Source: a virus (taxonomy: Duplodnaviria; Heunggongvirae; Uroviricota; Caudoviricetes). Taken from it: 16,579 nucleotides of DNA. Below, piece after piece: positions 1-7,722 of this stretch; the first letter of the stretch is position 1, and each line of letters opens with the position of its first letter. The position numbers and the translations under genes are program-made. The stretch lies in IMG/VR virus record IMGVR_UViG_2721755721_000006; one strand, given 5' to 3'. Under the pieces are notes generated by a model that saw nothing but the letters and a program-made list of their open reading frames with translations, was not told where the DNA came from and did not search any database.

Positions 1-210
1 ATGAAACACCGGACCTGGATCACTGAAGCTTTACGTCTTCACTTTGAAGAACATTTACCCCGGGTTGTGGCCGGGCGTCGCCTGAGTGTACCAAAATCAA
101 CAGTTTGTAGTATGTTCGTGCGCTTTCGGAGAGCTGGCCTTTCGTGGCCTTTGCCCGCAGGCATGTCGGAGCAGGAACTTGATGCCTGCCTTTACGGACA
201 ATTTTCCACG
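1..210 (+). pseudogene. IS21-family IstA transposase, N-terminal fragment (HTH region only)
   Basis: Translation of 1-210 (…RRLSVPKSTV…RRAGLSWPLP…MSEQELDA…) matches the HTH and GLSWPLP-type motif I remember from IS21 IstA N-termini. The rest of IstA and any IstB are absent. The frame runs on into an unrelated IS66 TnpA-like segment, so this is a remnant. Confidence 0.4.
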
Positions 211-255
211 GTACCAGTCGTACGTCCTGAAAGCACCGTTATATCCGAAGCCCCC

Positions 256-609
256 GTGGTAAAAAAACGTCCCCGGCGGCCCAACTTCCCTTATGAGTTT
301 AAAATCGCCTTAGTGGAGCAGTCACTACAGCCCGGAGCCTGTGTGGCGCAGATCGCCCGGGAAAACGGAATCAACGATAACCTGCTCTTCAACTGGCGCC
401 ATCAATACCGGAAAGGTGGCCTGCTGCCTTCCGGAAAAAATATGCCGGCACTGCTTCCCGTGACGTTAACGCCGGAGCCGGATAATAAAATCCCGGCCCC
501 CGCACAGGAACCAGAGCAGATAAATACACCGTCCGACAGTCTGTGTTGTGAGCTGGTTCTGCCGGCCGGAACTCTCAGGCTTAAAGGTAAACTGACGCCG
601 GCGTTATTA
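256..609 (+). pseudogene. IS66-family TnpA (orf1)-like remnant, cut at the IRR of the intact IS66 copy
   Basis: The peptide RPRRPNFPYEFKIALVEQSLQPGACVAQIARENGINDNLLFNWRHQYRKGG aligns directly with the intact IS66 TnpA at 2632-3057 (EPRKNYSNEFKLRMVELASQPGACVAQIARENGVNDNVIFKWLRLWQNEG). A possible GTG start lies at 256. Homology ends at 609, where the IS66 terminal repeat GTAAGCG begins. No tnpB or tnpC follows on this strand. Confidence 0.6.
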
Positions 610-610
610 C

Positions 611-634
611 GTAAGCGTCAACGGAGCACCGTAT
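611..634. repeat. IS66 terminal inverted repeat (tnpC-proximal end)
   Basis: GTAAGCGTCAACGGAGCACCGTAT, compared with the reverse complement of 3119-3142 (GTAAGCGTAAACTGACCGCCGTAT). Confidence 0.6.
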
Positions 635-640
635 TGACGC

Positions 641-2254
641 TTATTTATTGGTGAGTACTACGTTCCATGGCAGGAGTTCATCAACTCGGTTGGAAGGCCA
701 TTCCGGCAGTACGCTCAGGATATGGCGCAGATACGCTTCCGGATCGATACCGTTCAGACGGCAGGTGCCGATCAGCCCGTACAACAGTGCTCCACGCTCG
801 CCGCCGTGATCGCTGCCAAAGAACATAAAGTTTTTCTTTCCGAGACAGACTGCACGAAGCGCTCTTTCCGCAGCATTATTATCCGCCTCCGCCAGACCGT
901 CATCACTGTAATAACAGAGGGCATCCCACTGATTCAGTACATAGCTGAACGCTTCGCCCAGTCTGGATTTTTTCGACAGCGTACCATTCTTCTCCACCAT
1001 CCATTCATGCAGCGACGTCAGTAACACTTTGCTTCGCTGCTGCCTGACGGCAAGACGCTCTAACTCCGGTAATCCCCGTATTTCATCCTCGATGGCGTAC
1101 AGTTCACTGATTCGCTTCAGGGCTTCTTCTGCCGTCGCACTTTTGCTGCTGATGTATACATCGTGGATTTTTCGCCGGGCATGGGCCCAGCACGCAACTT
1201 CTGTCAGTGCACCACCTTCACGTTCTGCACTGAACAACCTGTCGTAACCTGTGAACGCATCCGCCTGCAGGATACCCCGGAAGGGGCGGAGGTGTTGCTC
1301 CGGGTGTTTCCCCTGCCGGTTCGGCGAGTACGCGAACCAGACCGCTGGAGGAGATGACGAACCCACATTGCGATCATCCCGGACATACGTCCAGATACGC
1401 CCTGTTTTCGCCTTTTTCTGACCCGGTGCCAGTACCTTTACCGGTGTGTCATCAGTGTGAACCTTGCGGGTGTTCATTACATAACGGTACAGGGCATCAT
1501 TCACCGGTGTCATTAACTGGCAGCACGCGTCAACCCAGTTGGAGAGTAAGGCCCGGCTCAGTTCGACACCCTGGCGGGCAAAGATTTCACTCTGACGATA
1601 CAGTGGCAGATGTTCGCAGTATTTTCCCGTTAACACGCGGGCAAGTAATCCGGGGCCCGCGATACCACGCTCTATCGGGCGGGACGGCGCCGGTGCTTCA
1701 ACAATACAGTCACATTTTGTACAGGCTTTTTTTACCCGTTCTGTGCGGATCACTTTCAGGGCACTGCTCACCAGTTCCAGCTGTTCAGCGCTGACTTCCC
1801 CCAGATAATCCAGCTCACCGCCACACTCCGGGCAACAGCTTTCTTCTGGCTCCAGGCGGTGTATTTCACGGGGAAGGTGTGCCGGTAACGGACGACGATG
1901 GCGCGACTGTCGCAACTGGCGGGGAACCTGAGGATCGTCTTCCCGCCCACTGTAACGATCGCTGTCCTGTTCACGTTGTTTCAGCAGAGCCTCAGCCAGT
2001 TCAACTTCACGACGCAGTTTTTCAGAACGGGTACCGAACAGCATCCGGCGCAGTTTTTCTATCTGAGCCCGCAGATGTTCTATTTCCCGTTCATCTTCTT
2101 CGATCTTTTCTTCGGCACGTGTCAGTGCAGAGCGCAGGAAGGCTTCCGTCTCTTCAACCAGACTCAGTTGCTGGTCTTTCTGACGGAGGGCTTCAGCCTG
2201 CTCAGAGAGCAACCTTTCCAGCTCTGCGATGCGAATGAGGTATTTCTGACTCAT
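641..2254 (-). CDS. tnpC: IS66-family transposase TnpC (537 aa)
   Basis: N-terminal coiled-coil/leucine-zipper region, a CPECGG…CTKCDC zinc-finger region and a long DDE-type core. Size and order match IS66 TnpC. Confidence 0.92.
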   Translation of the reverse strand: MSQKYLIRIAELERLLSEQAEALRQKDQQLSLVEETEAFLRSALTRAEEKIEEDEREIEHLRAQIEKLRRMLFGTRSEKLRREVELAEALLKQREQDSDRYSGREDDPQVPRQLRQSRHRRPLPAHLPREIHRLEPEESCCPECGGELDYLGEVSAEQLELVSSALKVIRTERVKKACTKCDCIVEAPAPSRPIERGIAGPGLLARVLTGKYCEHLPLYRQSEIFARQGVELSRALLSNWVDACCQLMTPVNDALYRYVMNTRKVHTDDTPVKVLAPGQKKAKTGRIWTYVRDDRNVGSSSPPAVWFAYSPNRQGKHPEQHLRPFRGILQADAFTGYDRLFSAEREGGALTEVACWAHARRKIHDVYISSKSATAEEALKRISELYAIEDEIRGLPELERLAVRQQRSKVLLTSLHEWMVEKNGTLSKKSRLGEAFSYVLNQWDALCYYSDDGLAEADNNAAERALRAVCLGKKNFMFFGSDHGGERGALLYGLIGTCRLNGIDPEAYLRHILSVLPEWPSNRVDELLPWNVVLTNK

Positions 2255-2284
2255 GACCGTTTTTATAATGCGGTCAGGAGTTTT

Positions 2285-2635
2285 TTACAACATTGTCAGT
2301 GAGTTACGGCTGGATGTTTTTGGCTGACGCCAGTCCAGCTTATCGAGGAGCATTGCCAGTTGCGAGCGGGTAATGGATACCTTGCCGTCACGTACCGCAG
2401 GCCAGATAAACTGGCCTTCCTCCAGGCGTTTGGTGAACAGGCACAGACCATCAGCATCAGCCCAAAGAATTTTGACGGTGTCACCCCGTCGGCCACGGAA
2501 GATAAACAGGTGACCGGAGAAGGGATTATCATTCAGCACATGTTGTACCTGTTCTCCCAGTCCGTTGAAGGATTTACGCATATCGGTAACGCCGGCAACG
2601 AGCCAGATACGGGTACCTGATGGGAGTGAGATCAT
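2285..2635 (-). CDS. tnpB: IS66-family accessory protein TnpB (orf2, 116 aa)
   Basis: MISLPSGTRIWLVAGVTDMRKSFNGL… is the hallmark IS66 Orf2 N-terminus. Its ATGA overlaps the tnpA stop. Confidence 0.92.
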   Translation of the reverse strand: MISLPSGTRIWLVAGVTDMRKSFNGLGEQVQHVLNDNPFSGHLFIFRGRRGDTVKILWADADGLCLFTKRLEEGQFIWPAVRDGKVSITRSQLAMLLDKLDWRQPKTSSRNSLTML

Positions 2636-3057
2636 CTTCCCCTCCCGGTCAGTTCACGGATCAACACTGTGAGCAGCTCTGGCGATGGATTTTCCAGCGT
2701 CATGTTACCGTGACGGAATTCCACCTTGCAGGAACTGGCACTGACTCTGGTCTGAGTGGAAGTGGATAAAGACGGCGCAATGGCCGCCACAGGTTCTTTC
2801 TGCTCATCCGGCGTTATTTCTACAGGTAATAATTCAACGCCAGTGTCAGAAGAGGTCGTTACCGGAAGACGCCGCGAAACACGCCCTTCGTTCTGCCAGA
2901 GCCTGAGCCATTTGAAAATAACATTATCATTGACGCCATTTTCACGTGCAATCTGTGCAACACAAGCTCCAGGTTGTGATGCCAGTTCCACCATACGAAG
3001 TTTGAATTCATTCGAATAGTTTTTACGAGGTTCTTTTCGCCAGTCCTGTAATTCCAT
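2632..3057 (-). CDS. tnpA: IS66-family accessory protein TnpA (orf1, 141 aa, HTH)
   Basis: First gene inside the tnpA-proximal terminal repeat. HTH segment QPGACVAQIARENGVNDN. ATG confirmed at 3055-3057. Confidence 0.9.
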   Translation of the reverse strand: MELQDWRKEPRKNYSNEFKLRMVELASQPGACVAQIARENGVNDNVIFKWLRLWQNEGRVSRRLPVTTSSDTGVELLPVEITPDEQKEPVAAIAPSLSTSTQTRVSASSCKVEFRHGNMTLENPSPELLTVLIRELTGRGR

Positions 3058-3118
3058 ACTTAGATGTCCGTCTATATCAGATGGGCGTCTAAGTTACCAA
3101 TTCTCGTCTGATGGCTAC

Positions 3119-3142
3119 ATACGGCGGTCAGTTTACGCTTAC
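3119..3142. repeat. IS66 terminal inverted repeat (tnpA-proximal end)
   Basis: Reverse complement is GTAAGCGTAAACTGACCGCCGTAT. It lies 85 bp upstream of the tnpA start. Confidence 0.6.
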
Positions 3143-3284
3143 GGTAATTCTGAATCAGCCACTCGACCTGTTCTTCAGTGCATTGGTCATGCTGGTACCA
3201 GTCATATTTGAATGCGTGAGAGCGCCGTCCGTGTCTGCTGGCAGGGTCGGCATCAGAATTGTGGTGTTTGGTATTGTGCGCCAT
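3143..3284 (-). pseudogene. 5' fragment of an unknown ORF, interrupted by the IS66 insertion
   Basis: ATG at 3284 opens MAHNTKHHNSDADPASRHGRRSHAFKYDWYQHDQCTEEQVEWLIQNYR. The frame then runs into the IS66 terminal repeat and stops at 3072 inside the IS. The upstream Shine-Dalgarno is weak. Confidence 0.2.
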
Positions 3285-3351
3285 CGGTTGTCTCTGCTGG
3301 CGCAGCAGGTGCCAGTTGTTCAGGCTGGCGTGTGGATTGTAAACCAGAATG

Positions 3352-3383
3352 CCAGGAAAAAACAAAACCCGCGAAGCGGGTTA
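3352..3383 (-). terminator. Rho-independent terminator downstream of the restriction endonuclease gene
   Basis: On the minus strand a GC-rich hairpin (AACCCGC / GCGGGTT, 3366-3382) is followed immediately by UUGUUUUUUCC. On the plus strand no U-tract follows, so it is unidirectional. It lies 70 bp past the R stop. Confidence 0.7.
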
Positions 3384-3454
3384 GTAAAAATGTACTGAAG
3401 TCAATGACGTGCCATCACAGTTAAAATATGACAGACTCTATTTACGTAGAGATG

Positions 3455-4333
3455 TCAGACTGCAAGATCCAAGGGAAGATCAGAAATATCCTTTAATCTT
3501 TTACCATTAACCATCACGGAAAGCATGTCAGCTGCATCGCTGAGCCCCAGTATTTCAACTGCTGATATAAGTTCATAAAGCGCAAAATGATACACGCAAT
3601 CTATATCACCAGTACCAAGAGCAATAGACGCCAGACGACTTGGAGTAGGCTCAGCAGTAACAACCATTACATGAGGGAGATTTCCCTTACGGTTGCGAAT
3701 AAGATTTAATGCCTCAGAACGAGCATTCTGGGCCCGGTCGCTTCTTATTGTCCATTTGCAGGAAATACTTGCGTGTAATATTGGTTTCCCACCATTCGAA
3801 CTCCTGAGAGCTGACATGCGGGTAACAGAATCATCCACCAGTAATTCAGGACTGTTGATAACTTGATCACATTCAGGTTCTCTTTCAACAATAATATCTG
3901 GTGAAATCGTATAATCACTCCCCAGTGCAGCAGCTAGCTGAGGATTACTTTTTGCAGCACTATCCAATGCTATAAGATGGGCATATTGTTCATATTTAGC
4001 TATCTCTAATCTGTTTCTACCAGAAACCTGATGTACATTCCATTTTCCAGGGCGTAAGTGGCTGAGTTTAAAAAAGGTTTTTTCTATAAACTCTGCGCAG
4101 ATACTCTCAAACTGATTACCAGATGTTTGCCCTGCAACACGTTCACCAATCGTTTCAGCCTGCAAGAAGCGAGCAATTTCTCTTGCTATAGCTTTACTGT
4201 TTTTGTTACTGCTATCTGCGTTACTAACAACTCCGGCAGTATTAATTGTGAGCGTATTCAGTAACAATTGGGCATGAAACTCCTTTCTGGCTTCAGCAAA
4301 ACCAACTATGCTGTCAACCAAATCTCCATTCAT
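3455..4333 (-). CDS. Type II restriction endonuclease, Cfr10I/NgoMIV-like PD-(D/E)xK family (292 aa from the ATG at 4333)
   Basis: Immediately downstream of the m5C methyltransferase gene. The sequence TGA-AGGAAATCCAGAA-ATG gives a Shine-Dalgarno 9 nt before the ATG at 4331-4333. The protein has PD (in TISPDIIVERE), then SCK 47 residues later, then E 14 residues after the K. The six-frame ORF extends to 4468 but that part overlaps the M gene 3' end. Confidence 0.72.
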   Translation of the reverse strand: MNGDLVDSIVGFAEARKEFHAQLLLNTLTINTAGVVSNADSSNKNSKAIAREIARFLQAETIGERVAGQTSGNQFESICAEFIEKTFFKLSHLRPGKWNVHQVSGRNRLEIAKYEQYAHLIALDSAAKSNPQLAAALGSDYTISPDIIVEREPECDQVINSPELLVDDSVTRMSALRSSNGGKPILHASISCKWTIRSDRAQNARSEALNLIRNRKGNLPHVMVVTAEPTPSRLASIALGTGDIDCVYHFALYELISAVEILGLSDAADMLSVMVNGKRLKDISDLPLDLAV

Positions 4334-4346
4334 TTCTGGATTTCCT

Positions 4347-5471
4347 TCAGGCTGCTTGACTATTCTTACTGATGTTATTCTTATACCGTCCCTGCAAAAC
4401 TCCATACACATATTGTGCGATTTTTGCCGCAAATAGCGGTGGAACAGCATTCCCGATCTGCTTTGCAATCTCAGTTTTTGAACCGGTAAAAATGAAATTA
4501 TCAGGAAAAGACATTAATCTCGCTGCCTCACGATGAGTTATTGGCCGATCCTCTTCCGGATGTAAATATCGCCCTTTCTCCGGTTTGAAAAACTCAGTAC
4601 GAATCGTTACTGAAGGTCTGTCCCACCACAGACGTCCAAACAAATCGGTCCCTCCAGATTTCTTTTTTAGCCAGCACGCCGGGGTTATATCAGGTCTTTT
4701 TTTCTGTAAATCGAAACGGTTACCTCCTGGTGGAACCGCTTTATATCGCTCCAGAGAAACAGGTGTGGGATTACGCCCAAAATGTAAGTTCAGCGGAGGA
4801 AGTTCATTACGAATATCAGTTCCAACAGGAGCAGGTAAGTCACCAATTGCATCACGCGTACAGACCCATTCAGGCAAAGCGACATCCTTATCAGGGGAAC
4901 GATGCGTTGGTGCTGGCGGGAACGCCGGAATACTATGCACATCGAAGAGTTCTCGTTTGATACCGATTGCTATCGTTCGTTTTCTTGTCTGAGGTACTCC
5001 ATAGTCAGCAGTATTCAACACCATTGGATTAAGCAGAATAAAGCCCATGGATTTCGCTCTAAACGTAATGTCCGCAAACTCATCGCTTATCAGCAATCCG
5101 GGGACATTTTCCATGACGAACATACAAGCCCTTGAACGCTCAATGACATCCATATAAGGCTCCCACAATGCTCTTCGGTGATCACCATAACGATTCTTAT
5201 TCAATAAACTGAATCCCTGACACGGGGGGCCACCTATGACCACATCAGCCTCAGGAACAGTATTGCTGGATGCCCACTCCTCAATATTTGCCTGAACTCC
5301 ATGCAAACCAAAATTGGCATTGTAGGTATTTATAGCTGCAGCATTATTATCAATAGCAAGGATACTTTCAAAGTAGTCAGACATCTCTCCATGAAGAAAA
5401 CCATAAGATAATCCACCTGCCCCACAAAAGAGGTCTATCACTCTGAATTTATTTAATTCTTTCATCCGCAT
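4347..5471 (-). CDS. DNA (cytosine-5)-methyltransferase (374 aa)
   Basis: Canonical m5C methyltransferase motifs in order: FCGAGG (I), GGPPCQGFS (IV, catalytic Cys), ENV (VI), QTRKR (VIII), GNAVPP (X). There is no N-terminal HTH extension. Confidence 0.93.
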   Translation of the reverse strand: MRMKELNKFRVIDLFCGAGGLSYGFLHGEMSDYFESILAIDNNAAAINTYNANFGLHGVQANIEEWASSNTVPEADVVIGGPPCQGFSLLNKNRYGDHRRALWEPYMDVIERSRACMFVMENVPGLLISDEFADITFRAKSMGFILLNPMVLNTADYGVPQTRKRTIAIGIKRELFDVHSIPAFPPAPTHRSPDKDVALPEWVCTRDAIGDLPAPVGTDIRNELPPLNLHFGRNPTPVSLERYKAVPPGGNRFDLQKKRPDITPACWLKKKSGGTDLFGRLWWDRPSVTIRTEFFKPEKGRYLHPEEDRPITHREAARLMSFPDNFIFTGSKTEIAKQIGNAVPPLFAAKIAQYVYGVLQGRYKNNISKNSQAA

Positions 5472-5554
5472 CCATATGCCTCAGATTAATGTTGAGCGTC
5501 TTACAGGACGCGTAATGTTAACTGGGGCTTTCTCTATCTGCCTTTTGGTGTTCA

Positions 5555-5579
5555 TGCCTGAGGCAGACAGCCTCAGGCA
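5555..5579. repeat. Perfect 9-bp inverted repeat (TGCCTGAGG-N7-CCTCAGGCA) between queH-like and the methyltransferase gene
   Basis: Stem 5555-5563 pairs with 5571-5579 around the loop CAGACAG. No U-tract follows on either strand, so it is not a canonical terminator. It sits about 85-100 bp upstream of the M start. Confidence 0.4.
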
Positions 5580-5649
5580 CCCGCAGCAATTCTACTTAAC
5601 TCACGTCACCTCGCCAATATGAAATCAATCAGAAAGGTGATCCATAAAA

Positions 5650-6336
5650 TCACTCCTTCTCTTCTTTTCCGTAGTGGAGTTGGCCAATTTTGATAAGAGG
5701 GCGTCCCTGAGATTTGCGGTGTAGATTGGTATCGCGCAGAGAATACACACAGCCACAATATTCCTGCTGATAGAATTTTTCGCGCTTGCTGATTTCAATC
5801 ATACGGGACGAGCCGCCCTGCTTGCGCCAGTTATAATCCCAGTACACCATACCCGGATAATGCGCAACAGCTCGCCGCCCACACTCGTTAACCTGCTGCA
5901 TATTTTTCCAGCGTGAAATGCCCAGTGAACTACTGATCACACTGAAACCATTTTCAGCAGCGTACAACGCTGTCCGCTCAAAACGCATGTCAAAACACAT
6001 GGTACAACGGATCCCCCTCTCAGGCTCCCATTCCATTCCTTTGGCACGTTCAAACCAGTTGTCGGTGTCGTAATCAGCATCGATAAACGGCACGCCGTGT
6101 TGTTCAGCAAAGCGAATATTTTCATCCTTACGAATTAAATACTCTTTCTGAGGATGAATGTTCGGGTTGTAGAAAAAGATGGTGTAGTCGATTCCCGAGG
6201 CCTGAAGCGCCTCCATCACTTCACCGGAACATGGAGCACAGCAAGAGTGCAGTAGTAGTTTGTTTGCCCCGTTTGGAAGCTCCAATTTAGGCCGTTTGAA
6301 ATCAGCAATAGTCATAAATATTTTTATTGGGGTCAT
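5650..6336 (-). CDS. queH: QueH-like protein (DUF208; putative epoxyqueuosine reductase family)
   Basis: Shows the DUF208/QueH signatures [24 protein letters not shown] and QEYCGCVY. An alternative ATG start at 6315 would shorten the N-terminus. No obvious Shine-Dalgarno at either start. Confidence 0.75.
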   Translation of the reverse strand: MTPIKIFMTIADFKRPKLELPNGANKLLLHSCCAPCSGEVMEALQASGIDYTIFFYNPNIHPQKEYLIRKDENIRFAEQHGVPFIDADYDTDNWFERAKGMEWEPERGIRCTMCFDMRFERTALYAAENGFSVISSSLGISRWKNMQQVNECGRRAVAHYPGMVYWDYNWRKQGGSSRMIEISKREKFYQQEYCGCVYSLRDTNLHRKSQGRPLIKIGQLHYGKEEKE

Positions 6337-6489
6337 GAAAATAGCACAGAGTGTAGCATCAGAGCAGGGCTATCGGGAATATATGTCTAAATCTGGTAAT
6401 ATCTGGTTTTGACGCAAAGCGGACAACCACGCTGGCTCTACCCTGCGCCATGAAAATGTCAATTCACATCTGAACTAATGCTCTTTAAT

Positions 6490-6915
6490 CTAGTAACGTC
6501 TAAAATACCTAACATTTCCTTGATAAAATGCCAGTACACGCTGCATAGCTTCGCTCTTCCGGCACTCGCGACAGATTATGTTCATACGCCTGTCGTAGCG
6601 GCGTATTTCTCCGTCGGGTAATGTCCAGATAAGGCCCGGATCAACCACAACAGGTTTCTTCACCTTTGCACTCGAGAGTTTTTTGCGGGCGTTTTGCCAG
6701 TCCTTACGAGCCTGTTCTGACGGGAACAACCCATAGCCAGAGTGATATACATCACCACTGGCAACCAGCTCTCTGGCAAGAACGCTCATCAGATATCTTG
6801 TCGCACCTGTCTTGGCTTCCAGTTGCCGTAACGTCTCGCGCCCACTCCGGCGTACTAGCTCAACAACCTGCCCTTTAATTTTTTCCCGCTCTTCTTGTGT
6901 AAATACTTTTTCCAT
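6490..6915 (-). CDS. Hypothetical phage protein (141 aa) with a putative N-terminal winged-helix segment and a basic C-terminus
   Basis: ATG at 6913-6915 is preceded by GAAGG 5 nt upstream. It abuts the stop of the upstream ORF and is co-oriented with the replication genes. The six-frame ORF begins at a TTG at 6930. Confidence 0.55.
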   Translation of the reverse strand: MEKVFTQEEREKIKGQVVELVRRSGRETLRQLEAKTGATRYLMSVLARELVASGDVYHSGYGLFPSEQARKDWQNARKKLSSAKVKKPVVVDPGLIWTLPDGEIRRYDRRMNIICRECRKSEAMQRVLAFYQGNVRYFRRY

Positions 6916-6930
6916 AAGCGCCTTCGGCAA

Positions 6931-7701
6931 TCACTTTTCCGATACAACACGGCGGGAAGAATCAGTAATCTGTCGAACAATATCCCGGTGCTTGTTCAGC
7001 TCCCGCAGCGCGGCGCAGACTCGCTCCCACTTCTGAACATCACTTTTCGCCCTGCGCAGCGCCAGGTTTGCCCTGCGAAGGGACGGAAAAATCAGCTCAT
7101 CTGCTTGCGTTTCGGTAAACGATGGCAACGGCTGCACAATGTCCGCCACAGTTTCTGTTTTAATTTCTTCCTGTGTTGCGGCTTCCCGGACTGGTAACGC
7201 AGCACCTGCTGGCTGAGGAAAGGCCTTACCATCACTTTCCGTTACCAGCGCGGCTTTCGGCTCTGCTGGTAAATTATCGCCCGGCATGCAGTAACGAAAT
7301 TTACCGTTCTGATTAACGCGTGCCAGCCGCCCCGTTGCGGTTACCACCGCCAGCGTGGAAGCAACCTTGCGAGTACTGACACCGAACTTACCCGCCAGTT
7401 CCTCACACGTTTTAGCCCCATCCTGACCGATAAACTCAATCATCATGTCTGCGGTAACTTTTTGTTCGACCTCCCTGGTCAGCATATCCTGTGCTTCAGA
7501 TTTTACTGGCCGCTCCTCGGTTACCCGGGATTCACCTTCGCCAGCCAGAAACCAGGTGTGACCAGTTTTATCAACGACGCCATTTCTTTTGAGTTCCCAC
7601 ACCTCGTTGACAGCCTCTTCACGAGTGATTCCAAGGCGAGCTGCCACCACATGTGAAGAGGCTTTTTTCAGTGCTTTCAGTGCGTCAGATACGGTTTCCA
7701 T
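6931..7701 (-). CDS. Hypothetical phage protein (256 aa) with two winged-helix-like repeats
   Basis: Strong Shine-Dalgarno GGAGGAAATTTTA before the ATG at 7701. Two HTH-like segments (VVAARLGITREEAV… and …CEELAGKFGVSTRKVAST…). Sits just downstream of the DnaC-like gene, as lambdoid post-replication genes do. Confidence 0.6.
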   Translation of the reverse strand: METVSDALKALKKASSHVVAARLGITREEAVNEVWELKRNGVVDKTGHTWFLAGEGESRVTEERPVKSEAQDMLTREVEQKVTADMMIEFIGQDGAKTCEELAGKFGVSTRKVASTLAVVTATGRLARVNQNGKFRYCMPGDNLPAEPKAALVTESDGKAFPQPAGAALPVREAATQEEIKTETVADIVQPLPSFTETQADELIFPSLRRANLALRRAKSDVQKWERVCAALRELNKHRDIVRQITDSSRRVVSEK

Positions 7702-7722
7702 TAAAATTTCCTCCGGACAAAA

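Larger units (their letters stand above)
611..3142 (-). mobile_element. Intact IS66-family insertion sequence (~2.53 kb; tnpA-tnpB-tnpC)
   Basis: Three co-oriented minus-strand ORFs show the canonical IS66 layout. They are bounded by imperfect terminal inverted repeats starting GTAAGCGT: 611-634 against the reverse complement of 3119-3142, about 20 of 24 positions matching. The flanking 8-mers (603-610 GTTATTAC; 3143-3150 GGTAATTC) are not a target-site duplication. Confidence 0.8.

Noticed and set aside
1-654. Six-frame ORF of 217 aa spanning the whole left edge as one gene
   Set aside because: It is a chimera. The first ~70 aa look like IS21 IstA, the middle is IS66 TnpA-like, and the last 15 codons are read through the IS66 terminal inverted repeat. 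It is better treated as fused remnants than as one functional protein.
722-2302. Plus-strand ORFs (722-1024, 1029-1247, 1163-1357, 1354-1794, 1879-2238, 1898-2302) and minus ORFs 1204-1386 and 1768-1974 inside IS66 tnpC
   Set aside because: All lie antisense to or out of frame within the well-supported 537-aa TnpC gene, with no independent start signals. They are typical shadow ORFs.
2296-3019. ORFs 2296-2532 (-), 2360-2620 (+) and 2756-3019 (+) overlapping IS66 tnpB and tnpA
   Set aside because: Alternative-frame or antisense overlaps of confidently assigned IS66 genes.
3072-3424. ORFs 3072-3365 (-), 3111-3398 (+) and 3212-3424 (+)
   Set aside because: The 97-aa minus ORF begins at a TTG inside the terminator U-tract and ends inside the IS66 repeat; only its internal ATG-initiated 5' fragment was kept, at low confidence. 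The plus ORFs cross the terminator hairpin and IS boundary and have no Shine-Dalgarno.
4334-4468. Upstream extension of the endonuclease ORF to 4468 (337 aa)
   Set aside because: The extension overlaps the last ~40 codons of the methyltransferase. A Shine-Dalgarno plus ATG at 4333 right after the M stop gives a 292-aa product of typical size for this enzyme family.
4058-5135. Plus-strand ORFs 4058-4264, 4585-4992, 4730-4960 and 4902-5135 within the R and M genes
   Set aside because: Antisense to genes with unambiguous methyltransferase and nuclease motifs.
5555-5579. 9-bp perfect hairpin interpreted as a terminator for queH-like
   Set aside because: No U-rich tract follows on either strand. 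It was kept as a regulatory palindrome or repeat instead.
5937-7197. ORFs 5937-6125 (-), 6666-6878 (+), 6812-7036 (+) and 6895-7197 (+)
   Set aside because: Overlap or lie antisense to queH-like and the two phage ORFs, with no ribosome-binding sites.
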